Shown here: positions 28,886 through 38,358 of the stretch, one piece after another
How the letters are laid out: each line of letters starts with the position of its first letter
Numbering within the stretch: position 1 is the first letter of the stretch
Assembly (NCBI GenBank): GCA_965112635.1
Contig: OZ218778.1
Location: forward strand, 1,856,001 to 1,920,000
Origin: an uncultured bacterium
GTDB taxonomy: Bacteria > Oederibacteriota > Oederibacteriia > Oederibacteriales > Oederibacteriaceae
Reading direction: 5' to 3'
Length of the DNA: 64,000 nucleotides
Made by a program: the position numbers and the translations under genes
Notes under the pieces: model-generated
What the model saw: only the letters and a program-made list of their open reading frames with translations
Told to the model about the DNA's origin: nothing
Databases searched by the model: none

Positions 28886-29865
28886 TGGATAATTTCTTTC
28901 ACCCAGGAAAATGCAGGAAGATCAATCCCGTGATCTTTGCTTGCTTATTTGTATTGTTCCCAACTTTTTTTATTGGGGTCTTTCCCAGCTTGAGCTGGGG
29001 CGGGGGAGCAGGAACAACTGGCGCTGATATTATGGCAGAGGAGTTGGGGGCCAGGCCCAGGGGCATGGGAGGCGCTTATGGGGCTGTGGCCAATGACGCC
29101 AATGCCGTAGATTATAATCCAGCGGGATTAACTCAGATCCTAAGGTCCAATGCTACCCTAACCCACTGGATCGAATTGGACGGCACGACCCTTGATTTCA
29201 TTAGCTATGTTTTGCCCCTGGGAGCCATGGGGACCGTGGCGGGCAGTGCGACCCTCCGTCAAGTCCCTTCCATCAGCAATACGACCGCTGAACCGTCAGT
29301 CAATGTGGACGATATTCTGGTGGGTCTATCCGGGGCAACAAAACTGGAGAATTGGTGGCCTGGTTTGTCGGGCGGAATGTCCTTAAAATTTGTCAGCTCC
29401 ACCCTGGGAAACTATACGGCTTATACGGGAGCCCTTGACGCAGGGGTCCTCTTGGAGGACCTGCCCTACCATTCCAAGGCGGCTTTGGCCATGGAAAATT
29501 TAGGTATGCCTATCAAATACATTGATGTGGCCGACCCCCTTCCGTTTTGCTTAAGGTTGGCCGGCTGCAGTCAGATCTTTGAAGATAGCGTCAAGGAGCT
29601 ATTAGTAGCCGCTGATCTCGTTCAACCAATCAATGGCTACGCCAACTTGGACATCGGGGCTGAATTCATTTACCTCGGGTTCGTAGCTTTCAGGGGAGGT
29701 TATACCTTGGATTTTCAGGAAGGAACAAGGGGGCTCGTGGGCGGCCTTGGGATCAAGTATGTTTGGGATAAGACCGATTACAGACTGGATTATGCCTACA
29801 ACCCTTTTTACTGGAAAAATAGTTACACGCCCACCCATCTGATCTCTCTGTCCGTATTCTTTTAA
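28885..29865 (+). CDS. PorV/PorQ-family (FadL-like) outer-membrane beta-barrel
   Basis: GARPRGMGGAYGAVANDANAVDYNPAGL signature; DYAY..THLISLSVFF end; ATG overlaps the cargo TGA. Confidence 0.8.
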   Translation: MDNFFHPGKCRKINPVIFACLFVLFPTFFIGVFPSLSWGGGAGTTGADIMAEELGARPRGMGGAYGAVANDANAVDYNPAGLTQILRSNATLTHWIELDGTTLDFISYVLPLGAMGTVAGSATLRQVPSISNTTAEPSVNVDDILVGLSGATKLENWWPGLSGGMSLKFVSSTLGNYTAYTGALDAGVLLEDLPYHSKAALAMENLGMPIKYIDVADPLPFCLRLAGCSQIFEDSVKELLVAADLVQPINGYANLDIGAEFIYLGFVAFRGGYTLDFQEGTRGLVGGLGIKYVWDKTDYRLDYAYNPFYWKNSYTPTHLISLSVFF

Positions 29866-29876
29866 GGCTTGCGGGA

Positions 29877-30626
29877 ATGAAAAATATATTTTGCAGAAGC
29901 TTATCAATTATCCTGAGTCATTTGCTTCCCACGCATTGCCAGCAATGCCAGAAGATCCTGCGGGCCGCTCCAAACCCCTGTTTTTGTACGGAATGCTGGG
30001 GCAGTATCAAGGTGGTCCGGAAACCGTTTTGCCAATACTGCGGGAAACCTTTCCCGTCTTCCCCTGGATTGGAGAAAAGCGGTCCCTCGCTGTGTTATTT
30101 CTGTAAGAAGAAAAAACCTTGTTTTGAAAAAGCAAGGGTAGCGGCGTTGTACGAGGGGGTCATGAAAAAAGCCATTCGTCTTTACAAGTTCGAGGATAAA
30201 GAAAGGCTGGCGCGCCCCCTCGCTGTTTTCCTTGAAAAAACCTGGAGGGACGAACCGGAGTTTGCGGGGTGCGAGGGGATCGTGCCCGTTCCTTTGTTTT
30301 GGAAAGTCCGAAAAGAGAGGGGATTTAACTCTGTCCTGCTTTTGGCCCAAGAGACAGGCAGGCTGTTGCGCTTGCCTGTCCTGGGTTACGGCTTGAAGAA
30401 AATCAAGCCCACCCTGCCGCAAAGGGGATTGAAAAGGAAACAGCGGTTGAAAAACATCCAGGGTGTCTTCGCGGCGGGCTCTGAATCCAATAAGATTGTC
30501 GGGAAAAAGATTTTGCTTGTGGACGACCTTTTTACAACTGGCGCCACCGCAGGCGAGTGCAGCATTGTCCTTAAACAAGCCGGAGCAAAACAGGTCTTTG
30601 TCTTGACCTTGGCCCGGGGAGCCTGA
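29877..30626 (+). CDS. comF: ComF family protein (double Zn ribbon + phosphoribosyltransferase-like)
   Basis: Four CxxC pairs, PVPL..RGFN, LLVDDLFTTGATA. Confidence 0.9.
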   Translation: MKNIFCRSLSIILSHLLPTHCQQCQKILRAAPNPCFCTECWGSIKVVRKPFCQYCGKPFPSSPGLEKSGPSLCYFCKKKKPCFEKARVAALYEGVMKKAIRLYKFEDKERLARPLAVFLEKTWRDEPEFAGCEGIVPVPLFWKVRKERGFNSVLLLAQETGRLLRLPVLGYGLKKIKPTLPQRGLKRKQRLKNIQGVFAAGSESNKIVGKKILLVDDLFTTGATAGECSIVLKQAGAKQVFVLTLARGA

Positions 30627-30649
30627 GCCCAGAGAAAACAGGTTGGTTA

Positions 30650-30678
30650 TTGACAAGGAACAATGCATTGTTTAACAT
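30650..30678 (+). promoter_or_regulatory. Sigma70-type promoter with a 14-bp perfect palindrome in the spacer
   Basis: TTGACA-17 bp-TAACAT; AACAATGCATTGTT at 30659-30672. Confidence 0.65.
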
Positions 30679-30713
30679 TTGCTTCAAAACCAAACTTTAA
30701 AGGAGGGTTAAGC

Positions 30714-31259
30714 ATGAGGAAGATTGTTTTTGTTTTGGCGGTTGTTGTGGCCATGCTGTTCGCTTTAAAACCGGCACTGGCAAGAAAGAATGTGGCTGAG
30801 GAAGGCAGTGGCGGTATTGAGCAGATCGGCATTGGGTTGGATGCCATTCAGAATGCCAGTGGATCCGTTCCGGCTGCCGCTGTGCGGTTACAGATGGATA
30901 AGTTGAATGTGGACGGCCTGCTGGGACTGCAGACCACCTCTAATCCCAGTGTGACCAATTTTGGGATTGGCGTGCAGGGCGGTTACCTGATCAAACAGAC
31001 CACCAACCTCAAAATAAGGGCCATGGGAAGATTCACCCTGGGCACCTACTCAGGGGGCGGCGTGAACGCCACGACGATCGGGCTAGGAGGGGGATTGAGC
31101 GCCGAGTTATTTTTATCCAATATCCCCGAACTTGGACTGGAAAGCAGCCTGTTGCTTGGATTGCTTTCCTCATCCGGGTCAGGCCAGTCCAGCACTACTT
31201 TTGGAATTATGGGAAATGGGTTTACTCCGTTAACGCTGGCGATCCATTATTATTTCTAA
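30714..31259 (+). CDS. Small outer-membrane beta-barrel protein
   Basis: SD AGGAGG; signal peptide; alternating Gly/hydrophobic strands; terminal IHYYF. Confidence 0.75.
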   Translation: MRKIVFVLAVVVAMLFALKPALARKNVAEEGSGGIEQIGIGLDAIQNASGSVPAAAVRLQMDKLNVDGLLGLQTTSNPSVTNFGIGVQGGYLIKQTTNLKIRAMGRFTLGTYSGGGVNATTIGLGGGLSAELFLSNIPELGLESSLLLGLLSSSGSGQSSTTFGIMGNGFTPLTLAIHYYF

Positions 31260-31280
31260 AAAATAGAACAGAAGTTTCTT

Positions 31281-31318
31281 AAAAAGGCCTTATTGCTTGT
31301 TGGGAATAAGGCCTTTTT
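31281..31318 (+). terminator. Bidirectional intrinsic terminator
   Basis: AAAAAGGCCTTATT-loop-AATAAGGCCTTTTT. Confidence 0.85.
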
Positions 31319-31367
31319 CTTTGGCATAATATTGACTTTATCATTTGGCAAGCTACAATTTGCTCTA

Positions 31368-32735
31368 ATGAATAACCCTTTGCGAAAAAACCCTTTAAAA
31401 TCTATAAAAAATAGAAAAGCGGGAGCCGTTTTTTTATCGGTGCCAGTAGTCATTTTGCTGGTTTTGTCTGGTTTTTTGCCCGCATCCTCCGCTGTAAAAA
31501 AAGAGCCGGCCCGTGTTGTCCCTCAAGATAATTTGAACGGCAGTATCATCGGCATTCCCCTGAGCAAGGAAGTCAACGCCACCTATATCAATACCGGGCT
31601 TGTCCATGGGGCAGAGCCGGGTATGCAATTCGGCGTCTACAGAAACGGTTCTTTGATCGCCGTATTAGAGATCACCATCGTGATGCAAAGGATGTCCGCG
31701 GTCAAAATCGTACAGATGGAAAAAGGGGAATCGCTCCAAATCGGCGACCAAGTGGCCTTATTGCGCGGCGCTCCCGTCAGGCTTATCCCTAAGCGTAAGC
31801 CTGCAGAAGAAAGGCCCAAGCTTGCTCTGGGTCCGGAGAAACCGCCTGCTTACCTGCCTCAAGGACCGGCCAACGAACGGATCGCCCTACTGGAAAAACG
31901 GGTCGATGAACTGGAAAAATTGCTGGCCAAGACTTACGCCATGATCCCCCAAGCCGGACCCCAGGAATTGGCAGTTCCGCCCTTGCCCGAGTTTCCGGTG
32001 GCCAATGCGCCTTCCGCGACCACCCTCGCTTTGAATAATGCTCCTAAGGAAGAAGTCATTGAAGGCCCGCCTACAGCGGAATTAGAGAAGAAAACTGCTA
32101 AGCCAAAGGAAGAAGAGGTCGATCTTTGGAAGGCCGATACCCCTTATGATAAGATCCCGGAGACAGTACCCCAGACCCAGGAAGAAAAATCGCAGGATCT
32201 GGCAGACACAGACAACGAATGGTCGTGGGGCACTCCTTATCAAAACAAGAAAGTCGGTCCCAAAGTCAGGCTTGACGTGGCCTTGCTGGATTCGGATGGG
32301 GATGAGTATCAGGGAGGGGCCAAGCTGACCGCCCGCTCCAATTTTGTGGACTGCAAAAATTGGGAACTCAAGATCGTGGACCAGGACGGGAAAGCGGTCA
32401 GGACCTATTCAGGCAAAGACAAGCTTCCCACCGAAGTCGAATGGGACGGAAAAAACACCGCCTCGGAAAAGGTCAAGAACGGGCTTTACGCCTATGTGTT
32501 CAAGGCCGTAAGCATAGCAGGGGACCCAGCCGCTGCGGACGGTGAAATTCCCAGCCGGAACCCCACCCTGCTGGAAGAAAAGGACTGGAAAGCGGATACT
32601 CTGTATGCTGATAATGCTCCGGGTACGAGTTCTGTTATCAAGGCGAAGCGCAAAGAAGACGTCGATTATCAAAGCCTTGTTTTGAATTCCGGTAAGATTT
32701 TATTTGCCATTGCCCTGCTTTTGTTGGTCCTGTAA
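31368..32735 (+). CDS. Exported protein: FlgT-C-like domain, Pro/Glu-rich linker, FlgD-Ig domain, hydrophobic C-tail
   Basis: YINTG..HGAEPGMQFGVYR; WELKIVDQDGKAVRTY..WDGKN..GLYAY; ends ILFAIALLLLVL. Upstream TTGACT-16-TACAAT. Confidence 0.65.
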   Translation: MNNPLRKNPLKSIKNRKAGAVFLSVPVVILLVLSGFLPASSAVKKEPARVVPQDNLNGSIIGIPLSKEVNATYINTGLVHGAEPGMQFGVYRNGSLIAVLEITIVMQRMSAVKIVQMEKGESLQIGDQVALLRGAPVRLIPKRKPAEERPKLALGPEKPPAYLPQGPANERIALLEKRVDELEKLLAKTYAMIPQAGPQELAVPPLPEFPVANAPSATTLALNNAPKEEVIEGPPTAELEKKTAKPKEEEVDLWKADTPYDKIPETVPQTQEEKSQDLADTDNEWSWGTPYQNKKVGPKVRLDVALLDSDGDEYQGGAKLTARSNFVDCKNWELKIVDQDGKAVRTYSGKDKLPTEVEWDGKNTASEKVKNGLYAYVFKAVSIAGDPAAADGEIPSRNPTLLEEKDWKADTLYADNAPGTSSVIKAKRKEDVDYQSLVLNSGKILFAIALLLLVL

Positions 32736-32860
32736 ACTTCCCCGCCCTAAAGGGCGGTGTTTTCATAAGGAGGAGATATCTTGTTTGTTCCTCCTCGCTA
32801 CGCTCGGGCTGCCGTTTATCCCCGGCCTAAAGGCCGGGGTTTTCTCGGCAGTAGTCATAA
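32731..32860. mobile_element. Non-autonomous IS200/IS605-type palindromic element (PATE/MITE-like)
   Basis: Terminal hairpins CCGCCCT-AA-AGGGCGG and CCCCGGCCT-AA-AGGCCGGGG followed by TTTTCTCGGC; no ORF inside. Confidence 0.6.
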
Positions 32861-32939
32861 AACCGGCTTAAAATATTTCGTTGGTTTTGATGCAGAGGGC
32901 AAAAGCGTTTAGTGGCTAGTTCCAAGCAGGAGGCATTCT

Positions 32940-34952
32940 ACGCAGTCGGAAACCGTCTGGGCGCGAGCTTGCAGGATCTCATTGGGTTTAGTCTTATTAT
33001 TATGCCCGCTTTTCTTTTGGCTTCAATGCGAAGACGCTTTTAACCTTCCCAAGCAGACCCTGTTGTATCTATTGCTGTTGCTCTCTTTGATCTTCTGGTG
33101 GACTAAATCCGTGGAGTCTCGATTATTCTGGTATCCCCGGCATCTTGTACAGATCGTCCTGCTGGGCTGGCTGGCCTGCGGGATTTTGTCTGTTTTAGTG
33201 AACGGCTCCTCCGTCCTTGGCTGGGCCGCGTGGATCGAATGGCTGGCGCTCGTTGTTCTTTTTATTCTGGTCTTTGGCAGCATCGAGAACGACAGTCATC
33301 TCAATATGTATTTTTCCCTGGCTTTAATTGCCTCAGGGTTGTATGGAGTTTATGGTTTTTTGCAATTTTTCGGAATAGACGTGATCCATTGGTCTTCCCT
33401 GGGCGCAGGCAGGATCTATTCGACCCTTGGGAATCCTGACCAATTAGCGGGCCAAATCGCTTTGGTTCTGCCCCTTGTCGCGATCTTTTTTGTTTTAGGC
33501 ATCAAGCGTCTTTGGACCCTTCCCCTTTTTATGGTCCTGATTTGCGTCCTGTTCTTTACTCAATCCAAATCGGGACTTTTAGCCTCCTTTATCTCTTTCC
33601 TCCTCCTGGTCGTTGGAGTTCTGGTGTTCATGGGGCGGGCGGTTCTTCGGGAGCATCGGATCCAGGTGGTCACCTTGGTGGTAGTTTTTTTTGCCATAGC
33701 TTTTGCCAGCTTCATGGTTTCTCCTGGCAAAACTTCTCCCTCTTTGCCAACTTCCTTGTTCGATCTTAAACAAAGCTCTGCGTCGATCCGTATTTTTATC
33801 TGGAAAGGGGCGGTCCGGTTGATCGCAGAGTCCCCCCTTATAGGTCGTGGATTGGGGAGTTTTCAGGCGCTTAACCCCAGAGAGCAGGCGCAGGTCTGGC
33901 AGAGCGGAGGTTATGAAAGAACGGGGATCGATGTCCACGATGAGGCCTATGCGCATAATGATTATCTTCAGATGGCTGCTGAAGGGGGCCTGCTAACCCT
34001 GGTATTTTTCCTCGCATTTTTTATACTTATTTTCTCTAACGGGTTCAGCTATTTAAAAAAAGAAACCTTGCGCAACCGCCAGGGGGTCGTGTTGGCCTTA
34101 ATGGCAGGATTGGCAGGGTTCCTTACTTTTGCGTTCTTTAATTTTCCGCTTAAGATGCCTTCTGTGGCGGCCACGGCGTTTGCTTGGGGCGCGATCTTGT
34201 GCCGTTATGACGGTATTTTCGCTTCCGGCCGGGTCGTTGGCCTTGCCAAAGGAATTTTGGTCCATCCTTCCTTGAAAAAAGCGCTTGAGTCTTTGGGGGC
34301 CGTGGTATTGCTTGCGCTGATGGTCTTTGTTTTCCAGGGATTTTTGGGCGGAGTTTTCTTTAAGTCGGGATTGCGGGCCATTGAAGCCCATAGGTCCCAA
34401 GATGCTTTGCCGTATTTGGATAGAGCCCTCAATTGTAATCCCTATAATATATCTTGCCTGTTCTATGACGCTTTAGCCTGGGAGGAGAGCGGTAACTGGC
34501 AGGAGGCCGTAAAACAATATAAGGCGACCTTGGCCCTTTATCCTTATTCCATGGGCGCTTGCTATAATCTAGCCAATCTGGAAAAAAGAGCAGGACGATA
34601 TCAAGAAGCCGAGGAGTATTATTTAAGAGCCCTGGCTATCAAGCCGAACTATACCGACGCTTTGAACAATTTAGGGGCACTTTACTACCTTTGGGGGTCG
34701 AGCTTGAGGGACCCCTCCCTTAAATTGCAGGCCCAGCTTTATTACCAAAAAGCGGAGTTGCAATACGCCAAGGCCTTGCAGTACAGACCGGATTTTGTGG
34801 AAGCGCATTTTAATTTGGGCGTTATTTACCTTGCGCTGGATGAAAAGGCGGGAGCAGAAAAAGAGTTGAAGCGTGTTCTGGAACTCGACCCGAATTATGA
34901 CATGGCCAAGACCATTCTGAACAAGCTCAAGAAGAAGAAATCGAAGAAATAA
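32940..34952 (+). CDS. O-antigen ligase/Wzy_C family membrane protein with C-terminal TPRs (start ACG 32940 or TTG 32982)
   Basis: Multiple TMs, RIYSTLGNPD, R..IWKGA, GRGLGSF, AHNDYLQ; TPR YNLAN, NNLG, FNLG. Confidence 0.88.
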   Translation, partial: TQSETVWARACRISLGLVLLLCPLFFWLQCEDAFNLPKQTLLYLLLLLSLIFWWTKSVESRLFWYPRHLVQIVLLGWLACGILSVLVNGSSVLGWAAWIEWLALVVLFILVFGSIENDSHLNMYFSLALIASGLYGVYGFLQFFGIDVIHWSSLGAGRIYSTLGNPDQLAGQIALVLPLVAIFFVLGIKRLWTLPLFMVLICVLFFTQSKSGLLASFISFLLLVVGVLVFMGRAVLREHRIQVVTLVVVFFAIAFASFMVSPGKTSPSLPTSLFDLKQSSASIRIFIWKGAVRLIAESPLIGRGLGSFQALNPREQAQVWQSGGYERTGIDVHDEAYAHNDYLQMAAEGGLLTLVFFLAFFILIFSNGFSYLKKETLRNRQGVVLALMAGLAGFLTFAFFNFPLKMPSVAATAFAWGAILCRYDGIFASGRVVGLAKGILVHPSLKKALESLGAVVLLALMVFVFQGFLGGVFFKSGLRAIEAHRSQDALPYLDRALNCNPYNISCLFYDALAWEESGNWQEAVKQYKATLALYPYSMGACYNLANLEKRAGRYQEAEEYYLRALAIKPNYTDALNNLGALYYLWGSSLRDPSLKLQAQLYYQKAELQYAKALQYRPDFVEAHFNLGVIYLALDEKAGAEKELKRVLELDPNYDMAKTILNKLKKKKSKK

Positions 34953-35028
34953 TTTTTTTCCCTCCAGAACCGCGATTTTTCCTGCCATAATATGAAGTAT
35001 CAGTTAATCTACTATTGGAGTTGGGAAC

Positions 35029-35730
35029 ATGGCTAGATCTGCCGCAAAGACCAGGTGGGTCACGGATATTTTCACGGAGTGCGCTCCCTATTATGATGGC
35101 TTACAGCGGTATTTTACGCTAGGCCAGGACGAGCGTTTGCGCACCAAAGCAGCCAGGCTGCTGAAAAACCCAGAGGGAAACCTGTTGGAGATGTGCTGCG
35201 GCACGGGTGGTTTTACCCAGACCCTGCGCCGGCTTTATCCCGACCTTAGGATCACCGCGGTGGACCATTGCGAGGAAATGCTGCAGATAGCCCGTAAAAA
35301 AATGGCCGGTGAAAGAGGGGTGCATTTTACCGGCGGCAACGCGGAATCCCTTTCTTTTACCGACCATTCTTTTAATTTTGTGGCCATGGCCTTTGGGTTA
35401 AGGCATGTTTCGGACAGCAGAACGGTCCTGGAAGAAGCCTTTCGCTTGCTCAAGAACGGCGGACAACTTGTCGTTCTGGATATCGTCAGCTCGGGATATA
35501 GGATGCCCTGCGACCTTTTTTACCATACTTACCACCATCTCTTTTACCCTTTCGCTTGTAAAAAAGTGTTAAGGGCAGACTGCTCTTACCAATATCTTTA
35601 TGATTCCATTCTCCACTTTCCGTCCCCCAGGAAAATAAAGCGGTTGATGGAGGATGTTGGTTTTGACAATGTTCATTGGAAGCGCGCAGGCTTTGGGCTG
35701 GCTGTGATCTGGACAGCCTGGAAAGGATAG
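35029..35730 (+). CDS. UbiE/MenG-family SAM-dependent methyltransferase
   Basis: APYYD, LEMCCGTG, GNAESLSF, AFGLRHV, LKNGG, YQYLYDSI. Confidence 0.85.
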   Translation: MARSAAKTRWVTDIFTECAPYYDGLQRYFTLGQDERLRTKAARLLKNPEGNLLEMCCGTGGFTQTLRRLYPDLRITAVDHCEEMLQIARKKMAGERGVHFTGGNAESLSFTDHSFNFVAMAFGLRHVSDSRTVLEEAFRLLKNGGQLVVLDIVSSGYRMPCDLFYHTYHHLFYPFACKKVLRADCSYQYLYDSILHFPSPRKIKRLMEDVGFDNVHWKRAGFGLAVIWTAWKG

Positions 35731-35737
35731 AAGGTAA

Positions 35738-37279
35738 ATGCAAACTCTCATCAGGGCATGTTTTGCTGTGGCATCAGGTATTTTGCTGGGCTTGAGTTTT
35801 CCCAATATTATAACCCCTGAATTCAGCGGTTGGACCTCCTGGCTGGTGTGGGTCGCCCTTATCCCGCTTCTTTTGATCCTGGAAAAGGGAAAAGCCCGCC
35901 AGGCTTTTTGCTTTGGATGGCTGGCGGGATTTGTTTATTTTTTCCTGTCCCTCTATTGGATCAGCCAAGTCCAGGAGTTGCAGGAATTTGCCTGGCCCGG
36001 CCTGTTGGCCCTGGCCCTCTATCTCGGTTTATATGTGGCCGTGTGGTGTTGGGCGGTGGTCTTCATAGAAAGGAACCTTGGTTTTTGGAGCTGGCTCATG
36101 GCCCCATTCCTGTGGGCTTTGCTTGAATTCTGCCGGACCTATTTTTTAACGGGCTTTGCATGGAATACCCTGGCTAGTTCCCAATATTCCCAAAAGTTCC
36201 TGCTGCAGGTTGTTAATTTGACGGGGCAGGGAGGGCTCAGCGCTTTTATAGTCTTTTGCAATATAGCCCTTTATTTTTTGTGGCTTGATATCAAATACAA
36301 ACATAGGGGCATAGGCGTCAGCTTATGCCTGGCTTGCCTGGTGCTGTTTTTGGGTTTGTTCTCTTACGGGGTTTATTTTGTTCTGATGTCTCAGACCGGG
36401 AAAACTTGCAGGGTGGCGGTCGTCCAGGGAAATATCGACCCTTCGGTTAAATGGAATAAGGAATTGTATGACCGGACCCTTTCGGTTTACCAGCGTTTGA
36501 CCCTAGAGGCCGCGAAACAAAGACCCCAATTGATCGTTTGGCCAGAAACGGCCATTCCCGTTGTGCTTTTGTCCGACCCGCAGACCCTGGCCTGGTTAAG
36601 AAACCTGGCTAAAGAGTGCAAAATCCCCCTTTTGGTAGGCAGTTGCGATATCGCCAATCCTCTGGAAGCAAAGCCTGACCATGCGCAGTATTTGAATACG
36701 GCTTTTTTGGTCTCTCCAGACGGGGACATTTTGGGCCGCTATGACAAGATCCACCTGGTCCCTTTTGGCGAATTTATCCCTTTCAAGGATTATTTCCCTT
36801 ATATCCAAAAAATAGCCGGCGGTTTTGGCGAGTCAGCGCCGGGCCGGGAGGCCAAGACCCTGGCTGTTGAGGGCAATTCTTTTGGCGTTCTGATATGTTT
36901 TGAAACCATTTTCCCGGAGCTTTCCAGGTCGTTCGTCCGCCAAGGCGCTTCGTTTTTGGTGAGCATCACCAACGATGGATGGTACGGCTGGACGGCAGCT
37001 GCCTATCAGCATGCCTCTTTTGCAGTGTTGAGGGCGGTAGAGAACGGCGTACCTCTGGCCAGGGCGGCCAATACCGGCGTTTCATTGGTCATCGACCAAA
37101 GAGGCACGATCTTGGGATTTTTGCCCTTGTGGCAGGAGGGATTCCTGGTAAAAGATATCCGTTTGGGGACTGGTAAAACTTTTTATGCCAATTGGGGTGA
37201 ATGGTTCACGGTGGTTTCGATATTGGTGGTCCTGGCCAGTTTTATTTTATATTTTATTCAAAGAGGCAGGAAGAAGTAA
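35738..37279 (+). CDS. lnt: Apolipoprotein N-acyltransferase
   Basis: VVQGNI, WPETA, YDKIHLVPFGE, ICFE, TNDGW, RAANTG. Confidence 0.96.
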   Translation: MQTLIRACFAVASGILLGLSFPNIITPEFSGWTSWLVWVALIPLLLILEKGKARQAFCFGWLAGFVYFFLSLYWISQVQELQEFAWPGLLALALYLGLYVAVWCWAVVFIERNLGFWSWLMAPFLWALLEFCRTYFLTGFAWNTLASSQYSQKFLLQVVNLTGQGGLSAFIVFCNIALYFLWLDIKYKHRGIGVSLCLACLVLFLGLFSYGVYFVLMSQTGKTCRVAVVQGNIDPSVKWNKELYDRTLSVYQRLTLEAAKQRPQLIVWPETAIPVVLLSDPQTLAWLRNLAKECKIPLLVGSCDIANPLEAKPDHAQYLNTAFLVSPDGDILGRYDKIHLVPFGEFIPFKDYFPYIQKIAGGFGESAPGREAKTLAVEGNSFGVLICFETIFPELSRSFVRQGASFLVSITNDGWYGWTAAAYQHASFAVLRAVENGVPLARAANTGVSLVIDQRGTILGFLPLWQEGFLVKDIRLGTGKTFYANWGEWFTVVSILVVLASFILYFIQRGRKK

Positions 37280-37280
37280 T

Positions 37281-38324
37281 ATGGCGTTTATAGATGAGGT
37301 CAATGCCCAGCCTGATGTCTTGGAAAACTTGCTCAATTTTTACGAGGGAGCAGAGGGACAAAAAGTCCTTGGGCAAGCTTTCAGGTTGGTCAAAGGGCGG
37401 CCTGTACGGTCTCTAGTTTTTTTAGGGATGGGCACTTCGTATTATGTCCCACTTTTAATAAGGGGCCAGATCAGTCCTCGTTATGCCGCCGTGATCTGGG
37501 ATGCCGGAGAGTTCTTGCACTCTGGCTTGGGTTCGGTCAACAAGGACGACGTGGTTATCGCCATTTCGCAATCCGGTGAGAGCGTAGAAACCAAAAAATG
37601 CGTCGAAGCGCTAAAGAATCACGGGAGGTTGATCGCTTTGACCAATGATCCGGATTCTATCATGGCCAGATTATCTTCCCTGAACCTCCCCCTCATGGCA
37701 GGGCAGGAAGCTTCCATTTCCACAAAAACTTATACCAACTCTATGGCTTTGCTCCTTGTTTTGGCCCAGAGGTTGATGGCGGGTTCCCTGAAGCGGACCT
37801 TTAAGGAGCTTAGAGAGTGCGGCCGGGAAATGAGGCTGTTCTTCGCGCACAATAGAAACCTGATGGCAGAGGCAGGTGAATTTTTAAGAAAGGCGGTTTA
37901 TCTTCATTTTATTGCCCGCGGGCCGTGCAGCGCGGCGGCCCTGCAAGCCAGTTTGACCTGGATGGAAGGTGTTCATCTGGCCAACACGGCCTTTAGCGGC
38001 GGCAGTTTCCGTCATGGGCCTCTGGAAATGGCGGGCAAGGGACATCACGCTGTGGTTTACGCTCCGGAAGGCAAAGAAGGGGAGCTCACCGCTAGTTTGG
38101 CGGAAGAGATCAGCCGAATGGGCAGCAAAGTGGTGCTGTTCTCCGGAGGGAAGAGGAAGAACAAAAAAAATCTCCTGGTCATCCCTGTGCGACCGCCTCA
38201 GAACAGGGTCTTCAGCCTTTCCTGCGCTGTGCCTCAGGAAATGCTGCTGGCTGAAATGGCCCAGGCGAGATCTCTGGTTCCCGGCCATTTTGCCCATATC
38301 AGCAAGGTCACTAGGGTAGAATAA
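37281..38324 (+). CDS. Double-SIS sugar isomerase/deglycase family protein
   Basis: GMGTS, ISQSGESVET, STKTY, FRHGPLE. Confidence 0.85.
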   Translation: MAFIDEVNAQPDVLENLLNFYEGAEGQKVLGQAFRLVKGRPVRSLVFLGMGTSYYVPLLIRGQISPRYAAVIWDAGEFLHSGLGSVNKDDVVIAISQSGESVETKKCVEALKNHGRLIALTNDPDSIMARLSSLNLPLMAGQEASISTKTYTNSMALLLVLAQRLMAGSLKRTFKELRECGREMRLFFAHNRNLMAEAGEFLRKAVYLHFIARGPCSAAALQASLTWMEGVHLANTAFSGGSFRHGPLEMAGKGHHAVVYAPEGKEGELTASLAEEISRMGSKVVLFSGGKRKNKKNLLVIPVRPPQNRVFSLSCAVPQEMLLAEMAQARSLVPGHFAHISKVTRVE

Positions 38325-38358
38325 ACACAGGGGTGAAGCGTGAACAGGAAGGAGAAGG

